A stretch of 58,881 nt of DNA, filler included, from Sphacelaria rigidula (lineage: Eukaryota): the NCBI GenBank assembly GCA_964200075.2. It is 6 parts of 6 records of this genome, joined end to end, with 100 filler letters (N's around TTAATTAATTAA, not from the genome) between each part and the next. Parts side by side here need not be neighbours in the genome. Positions count along the whole stretch, not along the records: positions 9,833 to 19,564 come from CAXNAA020007878.1; positions 19,665 to 29,395 come from CAXNAA020007879.1; 4 more parts are not named here. One strand, 5' to 3'. A program made the position numbers and the translations under genes. The notes beneath the pieces are model-generated. The model had not been told where the DNA came from and ran no database searches. It worked only from the letters and a program-made list of their open reading frames with translations. Shown here piece by piece: positions 11,111 to 24,741 of this stretch. The stretch's first letter is position 1. Each line of letters begins with the position of its first letter.

Positions 11111-13516
11111 GTTGGTCTGGTGATCGGTAAGGGCGGCTCGACAATCAAAGAGCTGCAAAATCGTACGGGGTGCCGCATCCAGATCCCTCCTCACACAGAC
11201 CCCGGATCCAATCCTCCGACCCGCAGCGTTACCCTGACGGGAGTGGGTGATGCTCCCCACAATGCAAAGCGCGATATCGAGATGATGGTTGCTGACGACG
11301 AGCGGAACCGCTATGGCGCTGGGGTGCCTGCACCCCACCAACAGCAGTATGGAGGTGGCCCTCCCGGGGGGCGGTTTGGAGGCCCTCCACAACCCGCGTA
11401 TGGCGCGCCACCCCCCCAGGCACCGTACTATGGGGCACCCCCACCACAACACCTCCACCAGCAACCGTATCAACCTTCGCCCTACGGCCATGCCCCGCCC
11501 CCCCAGCATCAGCCTGCGCCTTACCCGTACGGCGCCTACCAGCAGCCCCCTCCACAACAACCGGTGTGTGTATGTATATGCCTCATTTTCGTTGCATTTG
11601 TGATGGCGTGGTTTGTGCATACTGCACCGAAGCCGGGCAGGTCCCGAAGTGCCCCGGTGTGAAGTTGATGATTTGTATTTTGCGCCGTGCTTGCTATCAC
11701 ATTGTGATTTATTTGAAATCGGGGCTGGGTGTCATCTCACCTTTGATGTGTTTTCTCTGATGAACTCACTCAGTGTGACAGAATCCACGGAAATCGTAGT
11801 CTGTCGGGTGACGAAGCGATCTTACTTGTCTTGTGCACGTGAAAAATGGTGGTTGAGCAGTGTGTAAAAAAACGCATGAGCAAATGTTTTTTTCATCTCT
11901 TCTGCGAACTTTGAAGATTTCCCATTTCACACCGTCATCAGGGTGACCCTGTCCGGTCCAAATTAGCGAGCTGCCACACGACTTGATCACTTGGACTGCG
12001 ATCCTCGCCTCGGAACAGTACCTACGGAGGTCACTTGCATCGAGATCAAACGAAAAATTCGTGAGGTCCACCTTCCCTGCCAGGAAGTTTTACGCATTGT
12101 ACTTCCAAGCTTAGCACGAAGTGCGAAGGAGGGGGAAGCGACACTTTCGGCCGCTTCGATTGGTCAACTTGGTAATTATGTTCGGCGACAGATCGTACAC
12201 CTCGCCGACCAGTATCATTATTTGACCATTTGACTGTCGACAACTCAACCGTGGACGTCATCAAAGGAGGGGTGCTTTATGCCTTTCGAACTGTCGAGTA
12301 GCCACCCATAGTACTGTGCCCTGAAACACTGTGCGCCGAGACGGCCACTGCGTGCAGTGCTGTCCGCAGCCGATACCTATGATATGATTTTTTTCTGCGC
12401 TTTTTTTTGTACGGAGAATCGAAACGAGGGAGGGGAGGGGGTAGCCTCGCACCTGGTCTCTGACATGAGGGGCAGACCACAAACCAATCAAGCTCACAGG
12501 ATATGTTTGGTGGTTTGTTTGCGTTGGCCCTGAGCTCGGAGCGTACGCATTGCTCCGCGAATTGAAGCCTTGGTGGCAGCTTTCCATGAGCGGTCTAGCG
12601 GACCCCCGAGAAACCGTCTCCTTGACTCGAAGCTCCTATGGACAGGACCGTGATTTGAAGCCTTTTGTGGCAGTTCTCCATGAGCGATATAGCCGACCCA
12701 CGAGGGACCCTCGTGACTGGAAATTTCCCATGGACAGGGGCAGTATGTCGGACTGGTTCTGGGTAAAACCGCAAGGCATGTCGGGTTCGCATAACTGGGA
12801 CCCACACGCACAAGCAGTTGAAAGTTGAGCCCGACGACCTTATTCCCGCCGCAGAACGAATACACCAGTCGAATGAGGATGACATCGCTGTACTTCAGGT
12901 CGATATACACGTAGTTCAGGTTGATATACTCTGGCAGCCGCGCCGTGAATCGCCCACTTCTCTCCATATTTTTCGGAGCAAGCGCCCTTGGCGCGTATCT
13001 TGACTTGAGCTGCTGTGCGTTCGTTGCGATGAGAGGATATGGCACATGCACGTGGCTGTTACCTGGTCAACTCTTCCCTTATTTTTTCTCGCCGAACTGC
13101 AGCAACACGACGATAACGCTCACGCACAGCTCAGTCCGCTACGATTCCACTCCATTCACGCTCAAACAATTAAACGACCTCGCGGATAGATTCTCGTCTG
13201 CCGACCTACTCGAATAAATCGTGTAACAAATTGGTTCGTACCCCGCTATGCACGCATACTATCCGGTGTTTGCCCCCGTGGCAACATTTCCCGCAACCCT
13301 CAGGCCCCCTACGGTCAGCCGATGCCTACGCCGTACCAGAACGCGCCGCAGATGGCACCGTCACCTGCGCCTACCGATCAGCAAGCGGCGGCTCCGGGAA
13401 TGCAGCAGCAACAGCAGCCCCCCCCCCAGCAGCAGCAGCAGCAGGCGCCAGCCCCGCAACCCGCCGCCCCCCAACAGCCGCAACAGCAGCAGCAGCAGCC
13501 ACCTGCTCAGCAGCAT

Positions 13517-13548
<32 letters not shown>

Positions 13549-14162
13549 ACAGCAGCAGCAGCAGTACTACCAGCAGCAAGCCCCGGCCCCTGCTCAAGCC
13601 CCCGCCCCTCAACCCTCGGCGGCGCCTAGTGCCGCCCCTGGTGCGGTGGACATGACCCAGTATCATGACGTGAGTTTTTTTTTTCCTAATTTTTTTCATT
13701 TGCAGTGATGAAGAGGAAGCAGTCTTTGTGCAAATCGAACAGGGGAAAAGTCGGAAGAACGGTGGTTGTAGTGTGTGCATACCGGCGTAAATTTGTAAGC
13801 GTATTCCTCAACTTGTGCTCGTCTGTACGCGCTCATTTCGTCAACATACCAGCCATGTGCCGCATGCACCTGAGATGATCGCCGAGTTGACGTACTATAT
13901 TTTTGAAAACATACCCGATTCTGATCTGAAGCTGCTCACAAGCACATTCCAGCAGTTGTTGTCGTATGTACGCGTAACATTTCATCCACACCCCTTCGCT
14001 TTTATTGTGCCATTTCAACAGCAATTCTGGCAGTACGCAGCGTACTACGGAGAAGAAGTGGCGCGCCAGCAGTACGGCGCGTGGGCTCCTCCCGCTGGCA
14101 CCCCCCCTCCCCCTGGCGTGACTATCCCGCCTCCTGGTCAGGCCAACCCACCCCCAAGCTAA
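11111..14162 (+). CDS. KH-domain RNA-binding protein, FUBP/KHSRP (far upstream element-binding)-like; 3' part, 5' exons missing
   Basis: Exons 11111-11563, 13304-13669 and 14022-14162, all phase 0 with GT-AG junctions. KH motif VGLVIGKGGSTIKELQNRTGCRIQI, then a Pro/Gln/Tyr-rich linker with polyQ, then a C-terminal DMTQYHDQFWQYAAYYG motif resembling the FUBP Tyr-rich motif. Ends in TAA. Confidence 0.85.
13403..13579 (+). repeat. Coding CAG/CAA microsatellite (polyglutamine)
   Basis: Interrupted (CAG/CAA)n runs inside exon 13304-13669. Confidence 0.85.
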
Positions 14163-16199
14163 ACCGGTCACTCTCGCGGCATCGTCTCTCCCTGAGGTAT
14201 GTCGTTGAACAGTGTACTTGGCCGTGTACCCGTTGCCTGGTTGAACAGTATTTTGTTGTAAGGTCGTACCCACGCCTTCGCCGAGTAGTATACCGACCGC
14301 GCTCGGTTCCACCTCGTCTCACCTGGTTGCTCTCGCTTCTTGCTCCCATGTTCTCTTCTTTTTTGTTGTTTTGCTCGCAATGTTCGTCCCTTATTTCGTC
14401 TTGCATGAACGTGCATGGTCGGTTCATCCGTGTGCCACCAACAACCGTCAGACACGTGCGTGTTGCAACAACCACTACAACCATCGCATGATGATGCCAT
14501 GATGCGTCCTCTCACTGAGAATGTGCCCGAGATGATGATGATGATGATGATGTCAGCATGCTCATGCCATACACCGCGCCACGCTCCAGCCGCCACGCGC
14601 TCATCGATCCGCATGCATGCGTCATTGAGATGTGTTGTGTGAACCATGTAAACGACATACAAATGGCGATGTTGATGAAACGTCGTGCGATGGCATCCAT
14701 GCAAGCGTGGATGCACCCATCCGCGCGTCTTGCACGGCATGAAATGCGCATCAGAGTGCACCACACGCATTTTGCTGAAGCCTGAGGAGTCGTCGTCGAA
14801 AAATTGCCCAGTGTCGAATGTTGGATACAGGCTTCTGGCCTTCAAGCCGCGGCTGAGTTGCAGGCGAGCCCGACGCCAGCAGCTTAGAGGGTGTATTCCG
14901 TGTATGTCGCCCTGTGAGGTCAAGCCTAACTTGTTGCTGCTTCGTGGTTTTCATTTGTATTTTGTTTGTGCCTGCTGGTGTCCGCGTTTGCTTTTGTTCA
15001 CGGCATATCTTGTTCGTTCGCTGGTTGCTTTTGACACGTGCTCGTCATTTATTTATTTTTTCAATTTTTGCGGCGCGTTCTTGTAAAGCATTTTTTTCTG
15101 CTATGGAATGATTGAAATTTGCGTTTCACTTGTAAGTGCCCATTTGTTTTGCTACGCAGCGGTGATTTGTACTTTTCTCTTTGCTGTGTTGTTAATTGGT
15201 GTTTAGCTCCATTTGGAGAGTTTGCCGCATGATGGCTGTGTTTTCCCATTCGAGCTGGTCGTGCTGCCGCGTCGGCAGTCTGTGCGCTTTTCCGAACGAC
15301 GGGTGTGGAGCAACTTCTATTTCGTACGTCAAGGACCACTGTGAGCTGCGTGAGAACTTTTGCGGGGAAGCAAGATGTCAACCGAGTGGATCAGAGAAGT
15401 TGCAGTGCTGACGGGATTTGCTGTAAGACATGAGACATGACAGAGACAGCTGTGCGTGAGTTCTCCCCTAGGGTAGTAGCAGGTATCGCAAATGGTAAGA
15501 GGAACAGTGATCCAAATCACCTGATTTGTATCATTCTACGGCTGATGCTTTGCAACACGACGTGCACGTCCTTCTTTTGTGTTGTCGCGGATCCAGAGTA
15601 AACAGTGCGGATTGCGTCAGTCACGTGCCCTCCCGAAACTTGTTCAACTCGGTAGGTTAGCGTGTATCCCAACCGCTTGCCCGTATACTCCATCGGTCGC
15701 AGGCGTCACTCGGCAATTTTTCAATGCAGTAGCCACATTGCGCCCAGTAGGCCCGAGAGTCACGTGCTTGCCATGCTAGTCTTCTGCACGCATGATGCAT
15801 TTTGTGGTCTTCGACCTTTTTCGCGGGCTTTATTTAGCGTGCTCGTTGTGAGTGCCTTGCATCGGTGAAGTTTTGTCTGCCCAGATGAGTATAACGACGC
15901 CCCATGAACGGCGTCACACTTTTGTCGAGTGTGGTATGATTTCGACTGCACCGCAGGGATATGAAGGAGTAGCAACGGCGCTTATTTGTATGCGATGCCT
16001 GGATATCGGTGGGGAAAAGTCCCACATTCGCTGTATCATGTTCCTCATTCCAACGCACTGATGCTCAACTTGTAAGCATGTACCGTACGGCGGTTGTCGA
16101 AATGTAGTGTCAAGATGCGTACGACTCGCCAAGCTGCGGAGGTGTTGACAATTCTGTTGGAGAAAAGTAACATCACAATCGATGTTCTTGTCGAAATGC

Positions 16200-17400
16200 A
16201 CGGAGGAAGAAGTGAGTGCTGCATGTGTGGACCCATGTCTGGTGGTTGATCGTGCCGCTTGTCATGATTTACGCCAGGAGAAACGAGAGGATTTTGTCTT
16301 CATCCGACCGTGGGTGCCATCAAGTACTGCGCGTGTGCACTCGCCCCATGTCACGGAAACAACCGTTCGTTACATCGCTTCTACACGTTTGCCGTATGCC
16401 GAACAGGCTCAATTTTCTCGGGAAGTAGTACAAGAGTCGACCGGTTCATGAAACGCCTGTTGACTTCGATGATCGTTTGAAAACTACGGTGGATTTGTGC
16501 TGTCGATTTTTCTGTCCAGGTGACGACGATATATCTGGCAATGTCTGAGTCACGTTGTCTCACTTATTCTTATTCACCTTACATGGAGTGCAAAGAGCTT
16601 GAAAATGCATAGCCCGCTCATATGATGCCAGCCAAAAACTTCCCGCGCACATGTCACGACATTTGGGTGGTCACTGGATTACGCCAACAATGACATGCAT
16701 CTCAGGAAGCCCATGTCGCACACTCAAAGAAGGTCTAGGCATATTCGACCAACTTATGGAAGAAAACAGACAGCTGTACAAAACAACACAATTCGTGGCG
16801 CGCAAAGTGATGTGGCCGATTGCGCCATGATCTCGTATGCAGAGACGCACCATCAGCGCGATAAATGCGATTATATGGGACGGGCGCAAGTTCTGGATGA
16901 GCAAAAATATTCTCGAGTACTTGGCTTGTACGTTAGGGTGAAGTTGGAAGTGGATGGATCAGGGTCTTCGCCTGACACGAGACGTTGCTCCTACTCATTT
17001 TTCGCACGTGATCGTTTGATGTTATTTGATCGAACCATGTGACGAGTCTTGTACCGCCTCATGAGCTTGATGACTTGGATCTGAAGGTCTGATGTAAAAC
17101 CATGCCCCTTCCGGGGTCTCCTGGCTCGCCGTACATGACTTGGACGGTCACGTGAATAATGCGCCGGGCGATCGAAGCAGGATATGGTGCTGTACACTAC
17201 GCTTGGATACGCTGAGTTACTAGAAGAAGTAAGGTACTGCACCTCAGTGATTTACCCTCTGACATCTGTGTTCCGTTGTCGAACCGTTCCAGGCGTCTCT
17301 TCGTTCACTGAGGTTGGTTCCCCCAGCATATGCACTGCACGTCACTTATAGCAGAGCCGACTGCTGGTTTGGTCCGATTTCAAGTCGGTTATATTCGTTT
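16200..17400 (-). pseudogene. Highly decayed Ty3/gypsy LTR-retrotransposon pol relic (RNase H, integrase)
   Basis: Frameshifted motifs in gypsy order on the minus strand: RNase H-like SD/CSAYAGGTNLSE (17346-17304), integrase Zn-finger-like DHPN...FGWHHM...CTPCKVNK (~16680-16570), and integrase-core-like MGRVHTRST*WHPRSD (~16350-16300). Boundaries are approximate. Confidence 0.4.
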
Positions 17401-18190
17401 CCGAAAGGTGTGTACCTATAGCAGGGTAAACACCACGTTTTTCTACAATGAAAAGGAACGCTCCTGTTAGCTATCGAGGTAGATGGAGAAGTGTTTCAAT
17501 GAGGCCGCCGCAACTAGCGAGCATCTGCAGCCCTTCATTAAGTTCGCTTGATGTTTTCTGGTGGGAGATCAGTACTCGACATATGTTTCATTCGACATGG
17601 AGTGTAGGATACGATTTACCGACATGGAGTGAAGGATACGATTAAAGGTGAGGAGCGATCAAGTCATGAACACATTCTTTCATTTCCGAAATGCTTCTAC
17701 CCAAGGCCCGTTACACCTTGCGTAGTAACGTAAATATCCCCGACTAGCGTATCGACGTGTAACTGTCTTAAAAGACTGTTGAAAACGAAGGAAGTACACA
17801 CTTCACTCTCAATCGCTCTACTCTCATCCTCTCAACACTTTGCAGTACCCCGCCACCGACACCCTCGAGATGTCAGAGTAGGCCATCGACGTGAAGCTGT
17901 AGGCTCACGACGGTGTTACGAATGAGGGCACACAATAATGTGGAGTTGATCACGTGAAACCGGATGATGAACGTCATCTACGAAGTACACTCGGATGCGG
18001 TAACACGCAGCTCCAGGCGCTTTCCCCCCCCACTCCCGTACGGTGCTCCGTCTCGAAAGGGATGAGTGGTTATTGATCAAACGACGAAGTCAAGCAACAA
18101 ATGAGTACGCCGCTTGAGCCCGCCCCCCCCCCCCCCCCCCCCGCTGCGCGTGCCCTCCTTCCCCAGGCTGTTGACCGGGGGCTGCTTGTG

Positions 18191-18200
18191 NNNNNNNNNN
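18191..18200. other. 10-N scaffold gap with duplicated flanks
   Basis: 18073-18111 is repeated at 18201-18239, each copy followed by poly-C. This is typical of an unresolved overlap. Confidence 0.8.
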
Positions 18201-19044
18201 TTGATCAAACGACGAAGTCAAGCAACAAATGAGTACGCCCCCACCCCCCCCCCCCCTCCCCCCCCCACTCGCGTTCTTACACCCTCGCGTAGGTTATACC
18301 GTGAACGTCTTGGCCTTCGGGAAGAATGAGATGGGACGTTGTTTTCTATCCCTTGTGGATGGGTATCAGAGTCACACGCTGTTGTTCGACTGACTATTGC
18401 AGTTTGGTAATCCCACCACGACCTGGGATCGTCTTCACCGTACCTGTCTCGCCACTGATTGTGGCGAACCCCTACTCCCCCCCGGATGATTGAGTGTTGG
18501 CCTGTTTTGAAGCCGTTGATGGAAGAGCGACTCTTTCTATGCCGAAATGCTATCCGTTGTCGCCAGGAAAATGTCACTCTGAGTCCGGTACACGAATCCA
18601 TCATATGACAGTAGTGTACTTGACCTGAGAGTAATAGTGGATCCTCGGAGAGGGTGTTCGAGAAAAGAACGAGGATGAAATCAAACGCCGTGCTTTCCTG
18701 ACCCAAATTACTGGCAAATAATTTTCACATGAAAGACGCCATCCCTACCTCCAGACCCGCCACTACCAATTCGGGCGATTTCGACCCTTCCGCCCCCCCG
18801 AAAAGTATTACATGCGAAGGCACGGATTTTGCGCCGAAATCCGTCCTTTTCTCACCCCGAAATCGAGGCAAAAGTTTGCTGTCATACACACGCTTTAAGG
18901 GGACGTAAGGGTGGGAACCCTCCGAAATGGTTGTAGAAACGTCGGGAGCAATGAGGACGTCTGCATTAACGTCACTTGTTATGAACTTGGGCCGAGGAAA
19001 ACACGGGTTTTGACTTATTCAGCACTTGACAACGATCCCGTGAT

Positions 19045-19230
19045 CAGTGTTGTGAACCGAAGCTGAAAATGGCTCGGTCGGTTTTTCGTTTTTTTCGAAA
19101 AAGTCGGTCGGTTTCGGTCGGTTTTTAAAACGAAACCCGATTAAAACCGAAATTGAAATCGAGCACTTCTCGGTCGGTTTCTCGACGGAACTGAAAAACA
19201 AAATTATTTTTTCGAATTTTCGAAGAGCTC
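19045..19230. mobile_element. Probable end of a hAT-like DNA transposon with subterminal TCGGT repeats
   Basis: Starts CAGTGTTGTGAACCG, followed by clustered (TCGG)nTTT / AACCGA motifs. The other end is not seen before the contig break. Confidence 0.4.
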
Positions 19231-19564
19231 GTTGCGCTATACGGGCGGTTGGCATAATGACGTGACGAGGGACGAGATGGATCGTATGATGGCGCTTTCC
19301 ATTTCCTTTCTTCCTACACCTCCGGCCGCTTCGCTAGATGATATGCACACTCGGCACTACTGTATAGTCTAGATATTGTGTAGATACAACTTCCGACATG
19401 AGTGTCATGAGGTTTCAAATTTCTCGGAGCTGGAAATTGTTCAAGGCGGGATGTGAGATGTGAGCATAAATGAGCACTACATAGGTTGAGGGCGCCTGTT
19501 TAGTGGGCGAAGGAGCGCGCCCGAGAACGGAGCACCACGAAACACGGAACATGTCACACATAAT

Positions 19565-19664
19565 NNNNNNNNNNNNNNNNNNNNNNNNNNNNNNNNNNNN
19601 NNNNNNNNTTAATTAATTAANNNNNNNNNNNNNNNNNNNNNNNNNNNNNNNNNNNNNNNNNNNN
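19565..19664. other. Artificial contig linker
   Basis: N44-TTAATTAATTAA-N44. Confidence 0.98.
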
Positions 19665-20829
19665 CTACAATTTTAGCGGATAAATGACTCGCCCTGTGCA
19701 AGGGTGTTTGTTGTTCCGTGGATATGCTTTTTCATTTCATGAATATGCATGATTTTCATCGGACTCCTGGGATATCGTTTTCCAAAAGGGAATGAAAACA
19801 AACGGTCGGTCGTCACCCACCACTACCGATACAACGGACGCGTGTCTTAGGACGGGTTGGTGCACTGAAAGACATGACTGGGGCTCCGGTGCCATGTGGC
19901 TTCAGCAAAAGTGGGCTGACGACTTTATGCTGTCTTCTGTGTCGCCTTGACGCAGTATAGTTGACCATTGGGGAGAGTAAGTTGATCCATCTTGTTATTG
20001 TGCACACCGAAATCCGGATCTTTTCATGGAAGCTGTGCTTCTAGCATGCTCTGTGGCTTTCTTCTCTCCTTCAGTTCAGAGTTTTTCCAAACTTGCCGCC
20101 AGGTGAGATGAGATACAAAGCTACGCTATCGATGGTGGCGTGGTGATGGCACCGGGTGCAGGAGAACGAGCGCTACTCTTGCCATCATCACAAGCGATGC
20201 ACAGATGGGGGTAAATATCCGCACACACGGAAGCCTCTAGGGGTTTGGTCAAAGGTTCAAATTCTACACCTGACGAACATTCCACACATGTGATGTATCA
20301 ACCATCTGCAGTATCAAGAGTCATCCATAAGTGTAATCTATTCTGAGGACGTCGGACAGGGGTGACGTTTTCGCATGTCGTGAAACCGGCGAGGGTTGGA
20401 GGTGCTGGTTTGCGCCCGTAGCCCAAACGGTTGCCCCAATTACTCATCGTCAAGGCCATCGATTGGGATGCGACTTTTTGCATCATCTGCGCCAAGACGG
20501 CAACTAAAAACTCGGCAATCGAATTTTCTTGTCTCATCGGGATTCGAGTTTTATAACAAATTAAGTGGAAAAAGCATTTTTTTTTTTCGTTTTTTTCGAT
20601 CACCATAACTCCTTTGGTTCCATAATCTTTCCAGATTGTAGCTTGGACAAATACACGCCGGTGAGTAGCCTAGGTACACTGGTGAGTAGCCCGGGGAAAC
20701 AAAAATGGGAATTCGTCAAGTGTTAACCCCACTCAAATCACAAGCACTTGGGGGGATTTTACGGCGTGCATAATCAGGGGATGAACGAGATCTCCGGTCT
20801 GTTCATGCTTTTGGTCGGTGACACTTTTT

Positions 20830-21290
20830 TGGCTCATTCTGGGGGGTCAGGCGCGCCCATAACAGGTTCATGCCGGCATATAAATCATGTTCTTCATCGA
20901 GTCTGTTGATTTCTCGGAAGGCTAGAGAGCAGCGCCACGATGCCGCAATGCCGCACTCAACCTGGCTGGACACCGTTTGAGTTCTACATAGCCTCATTTT
21001 TTCATCCTGTCCCCATGCCCACGACCATGCCTCGAATCCGGCATGCCTGGTTCCTATGGATACACTCAAAATGATCAATGACTCGCTTTTAGAAACACAC
21101 AATTGTTGTGTCTTGTCGCTCACAGAAAAAGAGCCAGGTGCTGGGAGGGTGCAATAATTGTTCCGGGGTGTGATGGGGGGCTTGACCGAGGATAGAATGC
21201 TGACCCATCTTGTTATGAACGGTGGTACCTTCACAGTCTAGAAATCTCGCTCGGTGAGTTGCCCTTGTGAGGTGAAACAACAACATAGGG
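20830..21290 (-). pseudogene. Possible decayed PIF1-type helicase fragment (Helitron-like)
   Basis: Weak, frameshifted motifs in SF1/PIF1 order: EGTTVHNK (motif Ib-like), SLIILSVS (II-like) and YAGMNLLW..PQNEP (III-like). No Walker A was recognised. Confidence 0.2.
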
Positions 21291-22126
21291 GCCTCTGGAG
21301 CTTTTTAAGGCAGCCGAACACTGGACTTCTGACTGTTCGAATTTTGACGGGTGCACCCATGCTTGGTCGTTCCTTGCCAAAACATACTACATCTCAACCA
21401 ATTTTTGAAATCTGGTCAGACCATCAGCTTGATTTTCGCGTTTAAAAAAATTGGTTCGGGGGAATATTCAATCGAAACTTCGTCAACTATACCTGTTTCG
21501 CAAACTCAATTGTCAAGTTTTTCTCGTCAAAATGACGGTCGTGATGTGATGACAAGGTATCTCATGCAATTTCGCAAGAGTGAAAAATTACTCGGTGTTC
21601 TTTGGACTTGTAGACGGGGTCGCGTGAAGATTCACAGAAAGTCTGGCGAAAGAATCCTGCCTAACTGGTGCTGCTTGTTGTCACTCGTTCTGGGCCCAGG
21701 CAAATTTGCAAAGCCCAGCGAGAAACGGAGACGGATGTTGCGAACCACGGCGAACATCACCCGTTATCGCAGAGCTGTTCCCTCGTTGATAACGATATAC
21801 ACGGCGCACGACACAAAGGTCGAGAGCCCACAGCATACCTCTCGATCAGCTGGGTGGTTGAGTGTTTTTTTTTTTTTGCAAGTGGTCGTGAAATGAAGGA
21901 ACCAGGCGCCAGGATTATCTGTTTCCCGGTAACTCGCATCAGTCAAACTGACGGGCGATGAAAACACGCGTTCCTGTTGCTCGCCTACTATCGCACTAAC
22001 ACCACTGAAAAGCATAGCCTCACACTGTGGACCATGGGTACCTCTGAAGATACCACACGTCTAGCATGAGTGTCTGTAGATGGAGGAACATGCCCTGAAA
22101 TGTTGAGCCCGTGTCTAACGGTTCCG

Positions 22127-22393
22127 CATTACGACCATGAATGGGACAAGACACGCATTTTGTTGGGAGAACACGTAACCACTGAGCCAACAGTCAACGC
22201 TGATTACAGGGATGAGTTGAGGACCCTGCGGGAAAAATCCAGGAGCCACCAGCCTGACGGCTGAGCGGCCGTGGATTACACCTTTGTTGGGAGTACACAT
22301 AACGACTGAGTCAACAGTCGGCGCTGATTCCAGGGCTCCGTTGCTTACATGTTCTAACAAAATGCGTGTCTTGTCCCATACATGGTCGTAATG
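22127..22393. repeat. MITE-like element with ~38-bp terminal inverted repeats and internal direct repeat
   Basis: CATTACGACCATGAATGGGACAAGACACGCATTTTGTT versus AACAAAATGCGTGTCTTGTCCCATACATGGTCGTAATG (1 mismatch). Internal ~53-bp direct repeat at ~22158 and ~22283. No clear TSD. Confidence 0.7.
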
Positions 22394-24495
22394 AAGACGT
22401 GCGGCGGAATTGATTCGATCAAATTTTTTCGTTTCGCACGGTTTGGGTCCGAGCGACGTTGCAAGCTTTCGTGAAGCGGTATTTTTTCACTTGTGTTCAG
22501 TACAGACAATACAGTACTATCTGTACTGTCTGCATACAGAATATCCGAGTGTGTGTGTTTTCATACAGTAGGATATGAAGAAGGGGGCAACGCGCAGTGC
22601 AGACAGTACAAGAGTATCTGTACTTTCTGCGTACAGTAAGGTGTGGAGGGGGTTTGGACAACGGGCAGTTTTGTACTCCCTGCACTGTCCATGAGCGTGC
22701 ACGCAACTCGGTCACCCACCCTACCACGAAAGGAGATGTTGAAGCTTTCGTCAGCAAAAGTATAAACACAAAATGCCAAGAGGGTGATTGTGCCAGTTCT
22801 CAATTACTGCAGTGTATGTATCCCTGTGCTCAACTCGTGCTCTACGCTACAGGGGGGCGGTGGTACCTGAAAATGAATTGTGTGGGGTTTGCATGGTTCT
22901 GTAAACGGGTGGTATCTGGCGTGGTGGTCTCCAACACAGAAATCTCCCCCTTCGTTCTTTTCTGCCGCATGCTTTTGATAAAAAAAAGCAACAAGTAAGC
23001 TTCTCCATTTAAAACTGGTCGCACGCGAATAATTATAAACATGACTTGAAGCCATCTGAGAACATAAATGAGGTGCATGATGTATTAGATACAATGTTTT
23101 CTTTTCCGCCGGACTTCGTTAATTTTTCTTGTAATACACGCCCTCATATGAATTCATCTTTGCTACCTGTGAACGTGTACGTTCGGTTCACCGTGTGTGT
23201 GACTCCGAAGTTTCCACCAAACACGAAAACGGCCAAGATGGTTGCGGGGAGACTCAAACCCTGCATTGTACTTGTGTTAGAAGTACACACGACCACTGAG
23301 CTGATGGCGAGCGCTAATTCATAGCTCAGTGGTTCTGGTTCTCAGCTCAGTGGTTGTGTGTACACATTTCCAGGCAGCAAAAATGAAGACATATGACCTT
23401 GTCACATATCAAACATGTGGAACAACGCAGATCACAGGGATGATAGCCCTGGGGGAAAATCCACGATCGTCCAGCCGAATAGCCGAGCGATCCTGGACTA
23501 TACTTTCTTCAGAGATACACATAATTACTCAGCAGTCAGTGTTTTATGTGTATTCCCAACATTTCCTTCTTAATCGCAAGCGCCGTATTTTCTAGATGGA
23601 AGAGCTAAGGCCGTGCCTTACCGAGAGAAGAAAAAAAGCCGCAAAAAAAGGGAGTACGGCACCTTGCCCTCCGACAACGATCACTTTGGGTCCTAACGAG
23701 GAAACATGAAACTGACTCCCTCGGAAGGGGGGTGGTTCTTTCGGCTTATCGCAGCCGGAAACAGGTCTGGACTTCTGAACGGGTGTAACCGAAACACATG
23801 ACTGAAACACGTCACACCTACATGACCCAGTCCGAGTAAACACGCACAGACACCCACAGCACAAGCGTATCGCGCTTAGCGCTACTGTACCTCTTGCTCA
23901 TCTCTACACAGGTTGCTTGTTCTACTGCAATCCGTTCGGTATTGGGAGACGGGCGGCCCTGTGTGTGAAACACAAGTTCCTCACGACGTAATCGTTGATC
24001 GTTTGTGGGTGTGTTATACGGCGCCTGTCTGACAGAAATCATCGTCTCATTTCATTTTGAACCGATGTGCCTCGAGCCTAAAACGTCGTACTCAGTTCAT
24101 CAAAAGCTATGGCTCGGGCTATTTATGGCTATCCTGGGACAGTGATATCAGAAGTTTACGCAAGCTTGTGCCCCAGGTCCGGGCTGTGTGAAAGGTGAGA
24201 ACCACAGCGAGGGTATTTGTGCCGCTGGTTCATGTTGCCCCTCATGAACAGCCCAATCAGTTCTCGGCTAATAAACCGAAAAATTCCAATAATATTTCAT
24301 GAAAAAAAGCGCCGCCATTTTTTTTCTTCGGGAGGGGGGGGAGGGAGGGGAAAGGGGGGGGGATCGCCGCGATCAGTCGACATACTTCTTTTGCTCCGTT
24401 CTCTTCTTCGACTCGATGACACACGGCCTAAGAGTTCCCACTTTCAGGCTTCCGGTTATGCACAAAGTATTTTGGAAGAATTCAATGAAGCCACC

Positions 24496-24741
24496 TTAGA
24501 GCCGGAATCGCGTGGACCCATCACAGCGTTTTTTCCTGTCTCGCCGCATTTTCTCCCAGCTCAGTTCCATTTTTTTTCTGTCGAAGATCTCCCAGGCCTT
24601 GACGTCTGGTAAGTCTGGAGAACTTGCGAGGAATTGAAGAATGCTGACTTCTCTGATATATGCTTTCTCGTGTTGTGGAAACAAAGAAACCATGCCTTCA
24701 CCAATGGAATTGATAGCATTGGGAAACTCTTGAGTTTTCAT
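24496..24741 (-). pseudogene. Decayed Tc1/mariner (IS630-like) transposase C-terminal fragment
   Basis: SILQFLASSPDLPDVKAWEIFDRKK resembles the Tc1 motif VLxWPxxSPDLNPIENxWxxLKRK. The surrounding frame is broken. Confidence 0.4.

Noticed and set aside
23322..23334. TAGCTCAGTGG tRNA box-A-like motif
   Set aside because: No B box or cloverleaf follows.
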